DNA of 64,000 bases, taken from positions 5,642,001-5,706,000 of the forward strand of contig JBHGNT010000001.1 of assembly GCA_043228905.1 (NCBI GenBank), read 5' to 3'. Position numbers and translations under genes: made by a program. Position 1 is the first letter of the stretch. Every line of letters starts with the position of its first letter. The DNA comes from Azolla caroliniana. Its lineage: Eukaryota > Plantae > Polypodiophyta. Shown here in pieces: positions 28,413 through 42,669 of this stretch. The notes beneath the pieces were generated by a model. That model was given only the letters and a program-made list of their open reading frames with translations. It ran no database searches and had not been told where the DNA came from.

Positions 28413-31400
28413 ATGAAGAGGGGAAGAGAAGAAAATGGATCAGGTTCACAGTTGAAACGGCACACATCTTTGTCACGTGGAGAGATGTGAGCAATTCCTT
28501 TGTTTTTAAATGTGAAACATGCTACTATGGTATGATATGATATATTAAATCTTGTTTATGTTTGGTTGAAAAATTTCAGGTCTGAACCAGTGACACAATC
28601 TCAACGCTTAACCACGAGTGATGCACTAACGTATCTTCAAGCGGTAAAGGACATATTCAAGGATAAGAAAGGAAAATATGATGAATTCCTGGAAGTGATG
28701 AAGGACTTCAAAGCTCAGAGGTCAGTATTTAAAACCGAGGTTCTTCTTGATTTTTTTTTATTGTGGCTCATTGCTAAACTGTCTTATCTTGCTTTCTGCT
28801 CTGAAGAATTGACACAGCAGGAGTGATAGCAAGAGTCAAGGACCTTTTTAGAGGTCACCGGGATCTCATACTCGGATTTAATACCTTTCTTCCCAAAGGT
28901 TATGAAATTACACTCCCCTTGGAAGAAGAACCTCCGAAAAGGCAACCAGTGGAATATGGGCAAGCCATCAGTTATGTTAACAAAATCAAGGTATAAACTG
29001 TTTATTATAGTAAACATTAGGTAGTTGCTTTTTGTAATATTTTTGAATCTTCATATGCAATAATGACCATATACGTTGCTGTAGACAACATTTCAACAAG
29101 AAGAGCAAGTCTACAAGGCATTTTTAGAAATCTTGAACATGTACCGAAAAGGAAACAAATCTATCAGTGAAGTATATAAGGAGGTGAGATAAATATGAGC
29201 ATTTCCTCAGTGATGAAGGTCTTGTGCTGAATTCATGTTGTTATATTAACCAGTGTTTGTTTTTAGGTTGCATCACTTTTCAAGGATCATCCAAATCTAC
29301 TTGAGGAATTCACATGTTTCCTTCCTGATTCTAGAGGTTTGAGTCAACCCTTTTCTAAAAGCGTTTCTGTGCCTCACAGAGACGAAAAGAACTTAAACAT
29401 AAGACATGTCAAGGTAAGAAGTAAACTATTATCCCGTTTCATGTGAACCATTTTTTAGCATCAGTCTTCTTTTTTTGGTATGACAAACTTGAAACAGAGG
29501 GAAAAAGCTGACATTGTTATTTTCAACAGAGAGAGAAAATAGTCAATGCTCCAGCTCATGGAGGTGCCATGTTAGGCAAAGCTATGGATCAAGAACATCA
29601 TGAGCGCATTACTACAGAAGCTGACAAGTTAGAAAGAGGCGTAAAAGAGGAAAGGGAGATCCAAATGGATCAGGAAGAGAGAGATTCAGAGCAAGAGGGA
29701 GGAGACAAATACCTGGATGCAATGCAACGGCTTCCGAACAAGAGGAAATCTGCTAGGAGGGCAGATGAATTAATACGCAAACAATCCTTGGGAGCAGTAG
29801 AGGCTATAGTGGGTAGTTCTGCTCTTTTGATCTCAGTGGAAGAAAAAAAAGCTCCAAAAGGTATTATCTGTAATTCAATCTTATGAATCGTGACTTTTCC
29901 CTTGTGGAGATTCAACTTATCATTAATAAATTTTTCTCCAGGACTTCAAAGGAAGCTTGCATTTTTTGAAGACGTGAAGAGTAAATTGCGAAGCCAGGAG
30001 ACTTACCAAGAATTTTTAAAGTGCTTAAATTTGTACAGTGAAGAGATTATCACTCGTGAACAACTGCATAGTTTGGTGTGTATGAACTTTTAAGTTTTTA
30101 TATTGCCTTCAATTTTCTGATGTATAGAAACAGCCATTTCACATATATGTTAAGTTTTATGAGTATAACCCGCGAGATAGTCTTTTATATTTTCCTGTAT
30201 GTAGTTTTTGAAGTACTTTTGCTACACCTCGCTCTCTTCTCTGAAGATGGGATAAGCCCATTGTGTTTCTTCTTTTGCATATTTCGCCGTGAGGTTGTAG
30301 TTTAATTTTACCGTTGGCTTCTACTTGAGGATTAGGTTTGTATTGAGTGTCTACCTCTCCCCGTCGCTTGCAAAACTGCTTCCCATTTATTTAGAAAGCA
30401 TCAGTTCAGATTGTGAAATTTGTATATCTTTATAAATTCAAAAGAAAAAAAAGATTTCACATGGTCTAATCATGTTTCCAGGTTAATGGAATATTGGGGA
30501 AGCATACAGACTTAGTCGAAGGATTCAATGATTTCTTAGCTCACTGTGAAAGCAATGGTATGGTGATATCCGTCTCAGAATTATTTATAGATATGAGTTT
30601 GAACCTGAAACTTGTACTGACTCCAGGCACCTTTTGTTGCTATCAGAAGGTTACCTCGCCAATATTGTGAACAAAAGTAAGACTTGCCTGCGGTTTCATA
30701 TCCCATCAATCCCTAGGAGAGGATATCAACTTGCCATCTTTGTAAATCTAGTGAATTCAGTTCTCTGATAAATGTACTTACATGTTTTTGTGTCATTCAG
30801 AGTTGGGAGATGGTCCACCGTTAAAGCCAAAGGTAGAAAGAGAAAGGGAAAAAGAAACGGGCAGGGAGAATGACAAAGGTGACCGTGGAAGAGATGCAGA
30901 AAAGGAGAAAGAGAGAGAAAAGCATGTTTCTAGAGATTTTCCTGGTCACAAAGCTCTGCAAAGCAGGGAGAAGTATGTTAGTAAACCTATATCAGAGTTA
31001 GACCTATCAAGCTGTGAGAAATGTACCCCAAGCTATAGACTTCTGCCCAAAAGTGTGAGTAAAGTTTTGTGCTCTGATGAAGACTTTTTCTACCCAAAAG
31101 TTTGGTCATCTTTGACCTTTGATAACTATAATAAAATCTTATAACTGACCTTTCCTATAATACATTTATAAGGTTACATTCTGCACACGTCTCACATGCT
31201 ACCTTAATGTTGAATGCAGTATCCTAAGCCAGTTGCAAGTTATCGGAAGGCATTGGCCCGTGATGTGCTTAATGATTCCTGGGTTTCTGTAACTTCGGGA
31301 AGTGAGGACTATTCTTTCAAGCACATGAGGAGAAATCAATACGAAGAAAGCTTGTTTCGATGTGAAGATGATCGGTATAGTGTTTTCTTTAAACGATCTC

Positions 31401-34400
31401 AGTGATGCGCTGAAATTTCAATGGTGATAATAGCTTTATGGAGATTTTTATTTATTTTAATCTTAACTAGGTTTGAACTGGATATGTTGCTGGAATCTAC
31501 TGCGGTAACTGCAAAACGCTTGGAAGAACTGTTAAAGAAGCTGCAGGAGGGTAACACTAAACAAGATGGTCAAGTTCATCCTAACGATTATTTAACAGGT
31601 AGGTGTGTTTGTAGATTTTATTCACTTGGAATGTATGATCTATATCCAAAATTCTAAATGATATTCTTTGATGTAGCTATCAATATCCGATGCATTGAGC
31701 GCATATATGGTGATCATGGCCTAGATGTCATGGATATGCTACACAAGAATGGACCTGTTGCACTGCCTGTTATTCTTAATCGACTAAAGCAGAAGCAAGA
31801 GGAGTGGTTAAAATGTAAAGAAGATATGAATAAAGTCTGGGCAGAAGTTTATGCCAAAAATTATCACAAATCATTGGATCACCGCAGCTTCTACTTCAAG
31901 CAGCAAGACAAAAAGAATCTGAGCATGAAAGGTAAATTTTTATGACCTGCCATAAGGGCATAACAAACTCTTTTCCTTGAGGAAAATTAGCAGCCATTAA
32001 AACAAACTTTTTTTTGAAAATATCGTTGTCTTATTAAATTTTAAATGATGATGGTGTAGAGAGTAATTAAGCCAGGGAGACAGGTTCTTCACTACAATTA
32101 GCTTACAACTGGGCTTGAGATCTGTACAAAAGAAATTATATGATACCGAATCATAATCTAAGTACATTATCATCATTTCATGCTACACATGGTGAAGTTG
32201 ATAAACAGTACACTTGTTTTTTTATCACACACTCTTCTTCTAAATGCCATTTATTTTCTTATGCTCTGTTACACTGCTTGGCAGTTATGTAAACTGTTTA
32301 TGCTATTTGTGACACATAAATGCTTCTTTTCAGATGTGATATTTTGTATGGAATCCATTAACAATATCTCTTACTTGTTCAACAGCACTTTTGGCTGAGA
32401 TCAAAGAGATCAATGAGAAAAAGAGGAAAGATGACGATTTCATTCTCTCCAGAGCAGCTGGAAATAGGCAGCCACTTATCCCTGATTTAAAATTTGACTA
32501 TCATGAGCCTGATGTAAATGAAGACTTGTATCAGATTATCAAACATTCGGCTGATGAGATGTGCTCTACAATGGAACAGTCGGATAAAATAATGCGACTC
32601 TGGACAACCTTTTTCGAACCCGTTTTTGGTGTGGCATCAAGATCTCATGATGCTGAAGACACTGAAGAGGTGTCTAAAGGAAAATCTATAAAGGTGGAAA
32701 ATGATAGTAGTTGCGTTCCTTTCAAAAGGGGTGCTTCTGTGGATAAAGAAGGTCATAAATGTTTTTCAAATGACATAACAAGAATGGAAAAAGGTGTTTC
32801 AAGTCTCAGAGCTGAAGAAAATGTGTCGGTGGTTTCAGTCACAGATGATACAAAGACTGAAAAATCTGCATCTGCTGACCGTAAAAGTGATGTGACGGTA
32901 GCAGTAAGCTCTCAACAAGGTTGGTTTCAGTTTTTTGCTTGGTTGTTCATTGTATTGTATGTGTTTAACTGGTTTTATAAACAATTTCTTTGTGATTTTG
33001 TTGGGTTGTTATAGTGATCCCATGCTCAACTAAGCCGAATGAGAAAAACAGCAAAATGCATGAGTATTCTCTGGTATATACCTTACGGCTGAATTTAACA
33101 TTTATTTGTTAAGATGAAAAATTACCTTGTAAAACCTAAAGAGGAAACTCTTTTTTTCCAAATTCAACTGCAGCATTCAGAGAGAAGGTTATTACCTGAA
33201 TCAAAACAAGACACTGAGATATTAGATAACCCAGATGGCCCCCGGAATTCATTTAGTGGAAAAATAGAACGAGAAGAGGGTGAACTGTCACCCTCACCAG
33301 AAACAGATGAAAGGATTCATGAAAACCTCGATTCTATTGGGTTATTAAGGCAGGAACAAATTATCGGTGGTGGCTTTGATGACCATATAGGAGAAGATGA
33401 AGATATTGAATGTGATGGGAAAGCTGAAGGTGAACAAGTCGTTGATGCCGATGAAGAAGGAGAAGAAGAAGAAGAAGAAGAAGAAGAAAAAGAAGAAGAA
33501 GAAAAAGAAGAAGAATGTGCTCTGAAATCAAGCGATGACAGTGACAATCCATCACCAGTGGAGGATGTGTCTGGTTCTGAATCTGCAAATGGGGATGATT
33601 TACGTGAAGGACATGATAATGATGATGATGAACAGGAAGTTAAAAATGAGAGTGAGAGTGAAGTTGAAGGAATGGCTGATGCTGAAGGTGAAGCTACATC
33701 CTTGGCATCTTCAGAGAAATTGCTGCTGTCATGCATGCCTTTAAAAACTCATGCACCTTCTATCATCTCCAATTCTACAGCAAACTCTAGCTCAACGGTG
33801 TTTTATGGGAATGACACTTTATATGTGCTGTTTAGGCTGCATCAGGTCATTGCTGAGCTAAAAGAAATGTATTATGTTGTTTTGTTCTATTTTGTTATCA
33901 TGCTCTTACCAGTGTCTGATTATAATGAACGGTCTTACCATTGCAGGCATTGTATGAGCGGATAAATGCTGCTAAAGTACATGCAATAGCAGCTGAGGAG
34001 AAACAGAAATCTCCAAAAGACAATTCTTCTGAACTTTATCGAAAGTAAGTAAAATATCCTATAATTGTCTAATGTAAAACATCCATGTGTTATGTTTTTA
34101 GTAGAAATTGACTCCATGGTTTGGTAAATTTGTAATTCAGCTTTGCTTGTTTATAATGCTGAAGAATTTTCTGTTTGGGATGTTTGGGATCCAGATTTAT
34201 GCAAGTTCTGTATAGTCTCTTGGATGGAACTGTTGATAATGTCAAGTTTGAAGATGATTGTCGAGCCATTATTGGAACACAGTCATATGTTCTTTTTACA
34301 ATGGATAAGCTGATTTTTAAGTTAGTTAAGCAGGTAAGAGTTCTTAAAGTATTTTTAGACCAGGTTTGGAACAAGTGTGTCAGGTTCTCAAAACTAAAGT

Positions 34401-35382
34401 ATTATCTTGTGTGTACTGCAGCTTCAATCCATCACATCTGATGATATGGCAAACAAACTACTTGCTTTGCATACTTATGAAAAGTCACGCACCTCTGGTT
34501 TTATAGATGCTGTCTATCATGCAAACGCAGCTACAGTGTTACAGGATGAAAACATCTATAGGTTTGAGCATGTAAGAAAAGTCTTTCAATTTGGAGATAA
34601 CATATCTTGTAAACTGCTATAATTTATTATTCTTATTACTCTCGTGGGTTTTCAGAGGTCAAATCCTAGCCAGCTGTTTATACAACTTATGGATAGTGGT
34701 GGTGAGAAGACAGAAGCTTCTTCCCATGCTATAGAATCTACCTTCTTTAGCTATCTGAATGCGTTCTTATATGAAACATATGATTTGCAAAAGCCACAAT
34801 CTCCAGTTTTCTTGAAACGGTAAGAATTAAAATAGAAGATTGTATGGATATACCTTGTATATACCTTCCAATATAGGTATCTATAGATTACTGGTCTTTA
34901 ATGGTTTTGTTATCTTGTATACACCTTGCAATATAGGTAGCTGTAGATTAATGGTCTTTAAACTGTTTATTAATAAGCAGAAACAAACAGTTGTGTCATG
35001 AAGAGGATGAGAAAGAGGCACTTGGTAAGGCTATGCATAATGTGCACACTGCTAATGGCCTAGATTGCAAAATATCTTGCAAAACATTTAAGGTACAATA
35101 TCTTATATTTGTTTATATTGAATAAACTGCCAGTTTCTATGTTTATGATGCAGAAAATGGGTCGTTTTTAGCCTAATTCTGTATTTGGCTTCTGTATTAT
35201 GAAAGGTCTCATATGTTCTAGACACTGAGGACATACTTTTCCGCAAGTTCAGAAAAAAAGGCAGCATCAATAGAAGGAAAAAGGGAAGTAATTGTTTTCC
35301 TTCTGATAGCCTCATCAGTAGAAGAGTACAGAAATTCTATAGATGGATTGATGGCCACCATTACCAGAAAAAGGACAGGTAG
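28413..35382 (+). CDS. SIN3: SIN3-like paired amphipathic helix co-repressor (PAH1-3, HDAC-interaction domain, Sin3a_C), multi-exon
   Basis: Starts [19 protein letters not shown]1 [38 protein letters not shown] region [10 protein letters not shown]...[46 protein letters not shown] and [19 protein letters not shown]-terminal [23 protein letters not shown] and [10 protein letters not shown]. Stop ends at 35382. Confidence 0.94.
34850..34962 (+). repeat. ~60-bp tandem duplication in a SIN3-like intron
   Basis: CTTGTATATACCTTCCAATATAGGTATCTATAGATTACTGGTCTTTAA recurs as CTTGTATACACCTTGCAATATAGGTAGCTGTAGATTAATGGTCTTTAA. Confidence 0.8.
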
Positions 35383-36467
35383 CATATCCTCATCTATAAG
35401 TGGGCTGTGTAAGTTTAAGTTAGATAAGTTAGTATCTGGTGAGCCATGTTATCCATTGATGATGATGGTTTTCTTTATACTTCAAAATTTTATTGAAATA
35501 TGCTTTGGTTGAAATATGCACAATTGATAGTTTGTTTTAGAAACATGGCATAAAATTACATCAAGAGAATATGTAAGGATTGACCCTTTCAGTTTAAATT
35601 TTCCAATGCTAATTACTATCATCAGGAATCACTTTTCATCATGCAACAGTGCTAATATATCTTGTTGTGTAGCTGTGTTACTTTTTCCATCAAAGTTAAT
35701 GCATTCTCTTTGTAATTTAAATTTCTGTTTTGTAGCTATGCCAAAGAAATATGCAGCCAGTATTTTTAATGTATTTTCGCTTCTGTCCGATGTTTTCTTT
35801 TAAACAGATGATAACTTGGTGAATGATACCTGTAGAACTATTATGTACAAAGCTTGTCAGATCCTCTCAGGATCAAATAGATCGCGATATAGAGATTCTC
35901 GAGGAAGCCTTGAGGTAGAATATGATGCATCACTTAACGGTCCACTATCATCATACTCCTTGGTCATTTAATATCTCAGGTATGCTTTCATAGAATATAT
36001 AAGACAGCAAGATACATATTTGATGCTAACATGAGCACATGTATATGAAAATTTGATTGTATGTATACTGTTTCCACTTCAAGAAATTTTCTAACTTACA
36101 TAAGGGAACGAAGGAATCTTTAGGGAGGACCACTAAAGATCCGATGAAATGCTTTTTTCTGAACCTCGCCATCTTTCATGTGATTGTATTCTTTTTGGGG
36201 CTCAAGTGGGGAGAAAATGATTATGTACATAACACAATTTTTAATGCACATATTGTGCTGGATTTATTTTTCCTGCATTGCCTCCTTAATGCATAAATAT
36301 ATCTTCATATCTGTCAGATTATGGTTTGGGTACTGTTGGATTGCAGAATAATTATAGATTTTTGCTTCTGGATGGTAAGTAATGCATACCTTAATCCTTG
36401 CTAAGGGCTAAGAATCCTTCACAAATGTTTTGAATGCAAATTCATAGTTTCTTTATGCTCTGCCTGT

Positions 36468-36602
36468 CTGAGACATTACGGAATAGCGTACTACAGTGTA
36501 CTATTAGGTTATTGTAAAGAGCTGGAACACTGATAGTGCAATTCTGTTTGAGACATTTCCGAGTAGCGTACCACAGATTGTACTATCAGGTTATTGTAAA
36601 GA
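36468..36602 (+). repeat. ~80-bp tandem duplication
   Basis: TGAGACATT...TAGCGTAC...TGTACTATYAGGTTATTGTAAAGA occurs twice. Confidence 0.75.
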
Positions 36603-37117
36603 TCCATGATGATACTGCCAAATTCTGGAATGGGATTGTTGAAATGCAATGTATAATGTCCATTGTCAAACAATTACATGAACATGCCTTTGTCTTTCCT
36701 TCAAAAGCTTGATATGATTTCTTGTATGCAATTGCCAATGTGTGCCAAATGATGTATTTAATGTCATGCTTGGCCAATGGACAATGAAGCTATGTAATTG
36801 CCAAAATAATAGATTTGGAAAACCCAGCTACAAAAACTTTGATTAATAATAAAACATTTGTTTCCCCAAACAGCTATAATTTTCTCCACTTGTTTATTTG
36901 TATGAAGAATACATGTCTTTTCATTGTTTAGCATATAATTCCAGTTTTATATGAAAGAAAGATATACAAACCTTTTGTACAAGGGAAAATTAACAATGCG
37001 ATGAATCATAGTATTACCTCTAGGCTTCTAGCTTATCACCACGACATTAGCTAGAGCTTTACATTAGGCATATAATGATCGCAAATGCGATAATGTTTGA
37101 CTATTCATAGCTTTTGG

Positions 37118-37221
37118 TTCAAAAACTAAGCGGAGTATGGATAACTGAACTAATTTGCCACGATTACCTTTGATTCAAAAACTAAGCCAAGTATGGATAA
37201 CCAAACCAATGTGCCATGATT
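37118..37221 (+). repeat. ~56-bp tandem duplication
   Basis: TTCAAAAACTAAGC..AGTATGGATAAC...TGCCAYGATT occurs twice. Confidence 0.75.
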
Positions 37222-38299
37222 TTCAATGTGAGTGATATAGCGGAACTTTTGGAATTTCTCAAAATCTTTACCTAAAATGCACATGTCATGGTCTGGGTTC
37301 GTGAATCCTTGGTGGTATGAGATCCTCATCGATTGTATGACATTTTCTCCCCTTCGAAATCATCTGAACTTAGAACTCCATTAGATCTCATTGATCTATT
37401 TGTAGTATTTAACAAGGAAATTGTAGATTTATGCACTTTTTTTGTTCCAACTCTATGGTCACATACCAGTCTCCTGTATTTACTAAAAAGACAACTTCCT
37501 TCACAAACCTTGACCTCTTGTTGCTAGTAATGTCTAGCCTTCAAGCTGATACCTGGATTCCAACCCATAATTCTAGCTAGATTTCAAGTAATTGGGATTA
37601 AAACTCATGCCAAAGTTAATGAATGTACACCAATTGTTTCCTTCTTTTGACCTCTTATTGGCTTTTGTACACACATGTACAAAATGATTGATCTTATGCT
37701 TCATGGTTTTAATGTAACACATCTCGATTTATCCAAAGTAAAACAAAGACCATGCCCTTTGTCACATATTTGTTATTAGTTCTTACACTTGCAATGAACG
37801 TCACTTTCCACTTTGATTTTTGTGGCCATCACTTTGTGGGAAATCTTTGGAGAATTACATCATTGGAGCCTTAGAATTAAAAGTGTCATGCCTCTCCATA
37901 AATGCTAAAGGGTTCTTCCATTCTTTTCTCTTTCGGAATCCATAAAACTTGTTTCAAAGCTATGTTTACTATATCCTCACATTATGAGTTGGTAGTTATG
38001 ACAATGGCATCTCCAACATGTATCAAAAGTTGACAACACCTTGACACTCAAACATTGCTACAATATGGATTCTTTCATAATCCTTCGCTCAAAAACCAAA
38101 AGGAAATAGTTAGTTTGCTTGTACTCCAAGTCTTGGCATCTTAATTGATATAAAAAACACCTAAAAACCAAACTATTCGGTCTTAGAAACATAAACAACT
38201 CTTCACTTGTTTGTGTTAAAACGTTTTTTTCCATGCACAACTTAAAGATGTCCAACACATTCTGGTGGTTTTCCAATGACATGCTCATGAAAATCCTAC

Positions 38300-39118
38300 A
38301 TATGGACAAACTCAGAGATGGTCGACAGAATACAGGATTGACTGATTCTCCCTACATGAGTGAAGGGGGATTTTGTTAGGATTTTGTCCCTCATAATGGG
38401 AGAAGTCGGTTGTTGATTGGGAGAATCGGCAATTGAAATCTGGTCGGTCGGCCAAATCAACTAGAGAGAGAGAGAGAGACGAGTTGGAGTCTGACTATAT
38501 TGGATGGATGATCCAAGTGAAAGACTAGCCTGACTAGTTGGTCCGACCTGATGATCAAAGACAAGGCCGACTAGTCAGACCGACCAGATGGTCGATGACA
38601 AAGTCTGCCAGTCATACCGATTGGATAGCCGACACAAGAGTCGGCGAGTTAAATCTATGGTCTGTTGACTTGTGGGTCAGAGACTCGAGTCGGGTCAATC
38701 GATCGATTAACTGCTATTATTATCGGTTAATAATAACTTATTCCCATGTATAGATATGTAGAGCTAGGGCAAACTTTATAGGAGGGTGTAGATGAAGTAG
38801 TAGAATGGTGTAGAGTGAGTATTGTAGTGCTACAGAGAGAAGGTAGGAGACAAGAGTGAAAGTGAGTGAGAGATGACAGAGTTTAGTGGAACTTGCCAAA
38901 ACCCTAAGGGTGTATTCTCCGTTTTCAGAGATTTGTGACCTTTCTCTTGTACTTCCCTCTCTTCATAGTGAAAGTCTGTTGGTCTTTGGTTTTCCCCTGT
39001 TATAACGCTTCCACATAAATCTTGTGTACTGTGTATTTGGTTGTTTTTCAGTCTTTTCTCTGTTTTGTGTATCATCAGAGTTTATTTTGCTTGTTGATTT
39101 ACGGTCCACAACGTAACA
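38300..39118 (+). mobile_element. 3' end of an LTR retrotransposon: PPT plus ~745-bp LTR, embedded in older degraded repeat sequence
   Basis: Purine tract GAGTGAAGGGGGA lies just before TGTTA at 38374. The LTR ends TAACA at 39118. It has internal CCGA/TCGG-rich repeats, a (GA)n tract and a TATA-like TTTATAGG. Confidence 0.7.
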
Positions 39119-40559
39119 CTCTTCTCAAGCAATTGCAAAAACCTAATGTTGTATTGGTAAACAAGGTATTGATTAATCCATTGTCCATTGTGGGGTGCCT
39201 TTGAATCACCAAGAGCGCTTGATTTAAGAGTCCTTCATTCAAGAGTGTACCATGAAACTTTCATAGGAGACTTAATCTTGGGATCTTTTGGAGAGTTTTG
39301 TACTTCTTAAATTTGTTGTTAAAGTTAATAAAATTGTTTCTCATTGTTGGAGCTAGGATGGTAGTTTCTTATACTCTTGTTCCTTCTCGGCACTCATGTG
39401 TTGCAAGTTTTTGAGTAACCTTTAATTCTCTTGCTTTAGTTTCACAAATTTAGTTGAGGCGCTTTGTGGTGGGGTGCACATATATTCTAGCTCGGTAGGG
39501 TTCTCATGAAAAGAAGAAGAAGAAGAAGAAGACAAGGATTTCGATTCAAACAATTATGGGCAAAAACAAAAAAAAATTATCAACTCAAAACAAAATAGGG
39601 AAAATGATCTTTATTACACAAAATGCATGAGAGCTACAAGATCAGGTTGAAGATTGGTGTTGAGCTAGAATGTTTGACAATATTGAGATCTTCCCTATAT
39701 ACAATATTCCAACTTCAACGTCTTATATTTGCTTGCCACCTAGTTTGATGCATGCTTGCAACTTAGTGATCATATATTGCTAGCACACAAGGTGTAAAAG
39801 ACTATAATAATGATATATAACATGATAATGTACTAGTCAAGGTTCAAGGTGCATGCCAAGACTCAAGAGATTGTGGATTCAAGTCCCCCTTAAATGCAGA
39901 TACTAGATATCGCCCTTATTATGCCATTAGGGTAACCATCGGTCCATCTCCATAAGAGTACACATATACACACTTTGTGCATGTGCACATTGTCCTTTGA
40001 CTCCATAATTGATACAATGTTAGTAGATACGCCCAAAAGATACTATATGCTAGCAATGATGGTTAACATATTAATCACCTCTAAAAATTATGGGAACTTG
40101 TGATCTCTCAATTCTCTCAAGACAAGAAATCCAATGTTATGCAAAGTTGGGCATATGATTTGAAGGATACATTTGCTAAACAATAATATTTGATGGACAT
40201 AACCTAGTTTTTCCGCATCCCCACGAATGCCCACACTCAAACAAATCTAAGGTTGGTTAATATTGAACCTCAATTCCTTAAATAACCTATTTTTTGTCGC
40301 TAGAGTTTAAAATGAAGCCAAAATTATTATATGAAAACTTATGTACGGTAATCTAATCTATGGACTCCTTGGCAAATCCTTTGACTTTCAAATCTATGGA
40401 CTAGGCATGACCACCAATTGCTTATGGCATGGACTACCATGATATATGATCATGCTTTATGCCCAAAATCTCTCTTTTAAGTATGTAGACAAAGTGATAG
40501 CCATCCATAGTTGGATCCTTCACAAAGAATGTGTATCAGTATGTAGACAATATGTGCCC

Positions 40560-41230
40560 TTTTTGTATAGATCTAGTAGAGATTGTTAAGCATTGTTTGT
40601 GGAGTTCTGGTTTTTTTATGGAAATATGGAAAAGAATCACAACATTGTTAATACCAATGTATCCTTGAGTAGTGTATATACATGGGGAGCGGTATTATGG
40701 GTGGTGGGTGGTACAAGATAAACCAATTGTATATGAACAAGAGGAAGTTGTAGATGTTATTGCTATGATACATGATTTGATGCAAAAAACATTGATACCT
40801 TTAAATCCACAAATAGAGACCGATAAACCTGAAATATGGTAATTGGTAAGTAGTATCACAATTTGGTATATTTGGAAGGTTTTATGTTTGAAGATATTTC
40901 AAAATGTGACTAAAAGACTTGCCCAAATAAATTATGGGATTTTGATGGAGATTGTGCATAATCTCATAGGTTCTTTGGATAATATAAAAGGTATTATGCA
41001 ATAGGCATAGCTCAAATGATTGGAGTTTCATGCCACTTAGGACCGAGGCATGTTTTTCTAGATGGAATTTTGATCAGGTGGAGTGGTTCTACTATACACC
41101 GAAGTAATTTTTAAACCAATAGTTAGAACTTAGAATTTAGAAAAGAAGGAGCTCATTACTGAAAGTATAGCCTTCGGGCGTTTCTTAATACTAATTTAAT
41201 ATCTTTTTTGGGGAAAAAAGAAAAAAAAGA
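40560..41230 (+). mobile_element. Degenerate LINE 3' end with A-rich tail
   Basis: IWYIWKVLCLKIFQN resembles the WxIWKxRNxxIF motif near the L1 ORF2 C-terminus. An A-rich tail follows at ~41214-41230. The 5' boundary is approximate. Confidence 0.6.
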
Positions 41231-42236
41231 ATGTGTATCAACACCGAGCAATAGGATCGGTGCATGATTATGTTAAGATTATTATATTTTGACTTACTAG
41301 TGTTTTCAAAAGCAATCAAACTTTATTATTTATGAGTATATTCCTTTTATTAAAGCCCATAATAAATATATATAGAGTACTCGTAAACCTACTAAATTTA
41401 AAAAATTGGGACTCTTCTTCTTCGTTAAAATCACCTTGGAAAAGTATAACTATGTACACATGTACACCTAGTTGAGAATTGGGGCCGCCCTTTTGCCCCA
41501 TAATAATCATACTGATTTCTATGGTTGAGAAATGTTGCTCACTTTATGGCCACATGCCTATGTGGCATCTATTTTTTGGAGAAAATATGTAATATTTTGT
41601 TGAGCTTTACCATCATGGTTTGCCTCGCTTCCTCTAATCACATGATATGTGTGCAAAGGTCTTAATTATTATCTTTATATGTGACGTTTGGCTAGAGTTC
41701 GCTTAACTGCATAATGTATATTGCCTTAAGTTGTCAATGTTGTTAGAGGCTCCAATATGAGTGAAAAAGACCTTATGCATTATTATGGTCCCTTGTTTAA
41801 GACACCATAGAGGAATCTCAGAGTGGGTCCTAAAGTAGTAGTTAGGAGATGGTGAAATATGGAGGCCACAACACCTCCCCCTCCCCTCACCCCCCCCCCC
41901 CCCCCACCCCATCAAAATAAAATGACAAGATCTGAAAGGTACAAAAGATTTGTCACATTTGGTAGGGTGCATGGTGCATTAGATGGGCCAATAAACTCTT
42001 TATTCCTCCAAAGGGGCACCCTAAGTTTCAATCACCGACTCTAGTAAGTGAAATTCTTTATTTCTCGAATGCTCTCGTTGAACCGGGTGGTTTGGTAACG
42101 ATGTTGGGCAAGTAAATGGTCGAGGGTCGTGTCTCCTTGGTGTCCATGATATGTGCGCTATTCTAAGACGATGTATGTATGTATGTTTCGAGAAATGAAG
42201 GGTAGTTTTCATGTTTGGGGGGGGGGGGGACAAATA

Positions 42237-42366
42237 TGTATGTAAATGAATGTGTGAGGAGAGGGGGACATTCCTGGAAATACAGGAAAGCTCATTTGTA
42301 TGTAAATGAATGTGTGAGGAGACACTGTGAGGGGGGCATTCGTGGAAATACAGGAAAGCTCATTTT
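42237..42366 (+). repeat. ~60-bp tandem duplication upstream of the RRM gene
   Basis: TGTATGTAAATGAATGTGTGAGGAGA...GGAAATACAGGAAAGCTCATTT occurs twice. Confidence 0.85.
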
Positions 42367-42669
42367 TACAACATATAACAGTTTTTTTTTATTACTCTCT
42401 CTCTCTCTCTCTCTCTGTTCTGGATCTGTCTGTCTGCCTGTAAAGGCTCAATTGAAAAAGAATTTCTTTATATGTATATATATATACTTATGCCCTTCTC
42501 TTTCTCTTTCTCTTCTCTGCATTCACGCCAATATCTCACAACTCATTCATTCACCACCACCACCACTACTGCTTCTTATTATTACGGTTGCATCCACTCC
42601 TTGCAATTCCCTTACTCTCTCTGATCTGATCTACATTATTTATTACGGTTAAAATTCAGTGGATCAATC

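Noticed and set aside
33317-33744. Ser-rich and Leu-rich antisense ORFs
   Set aside because: Shadow frames of the (GAA)n acidic tract in the SIN3-like exon.
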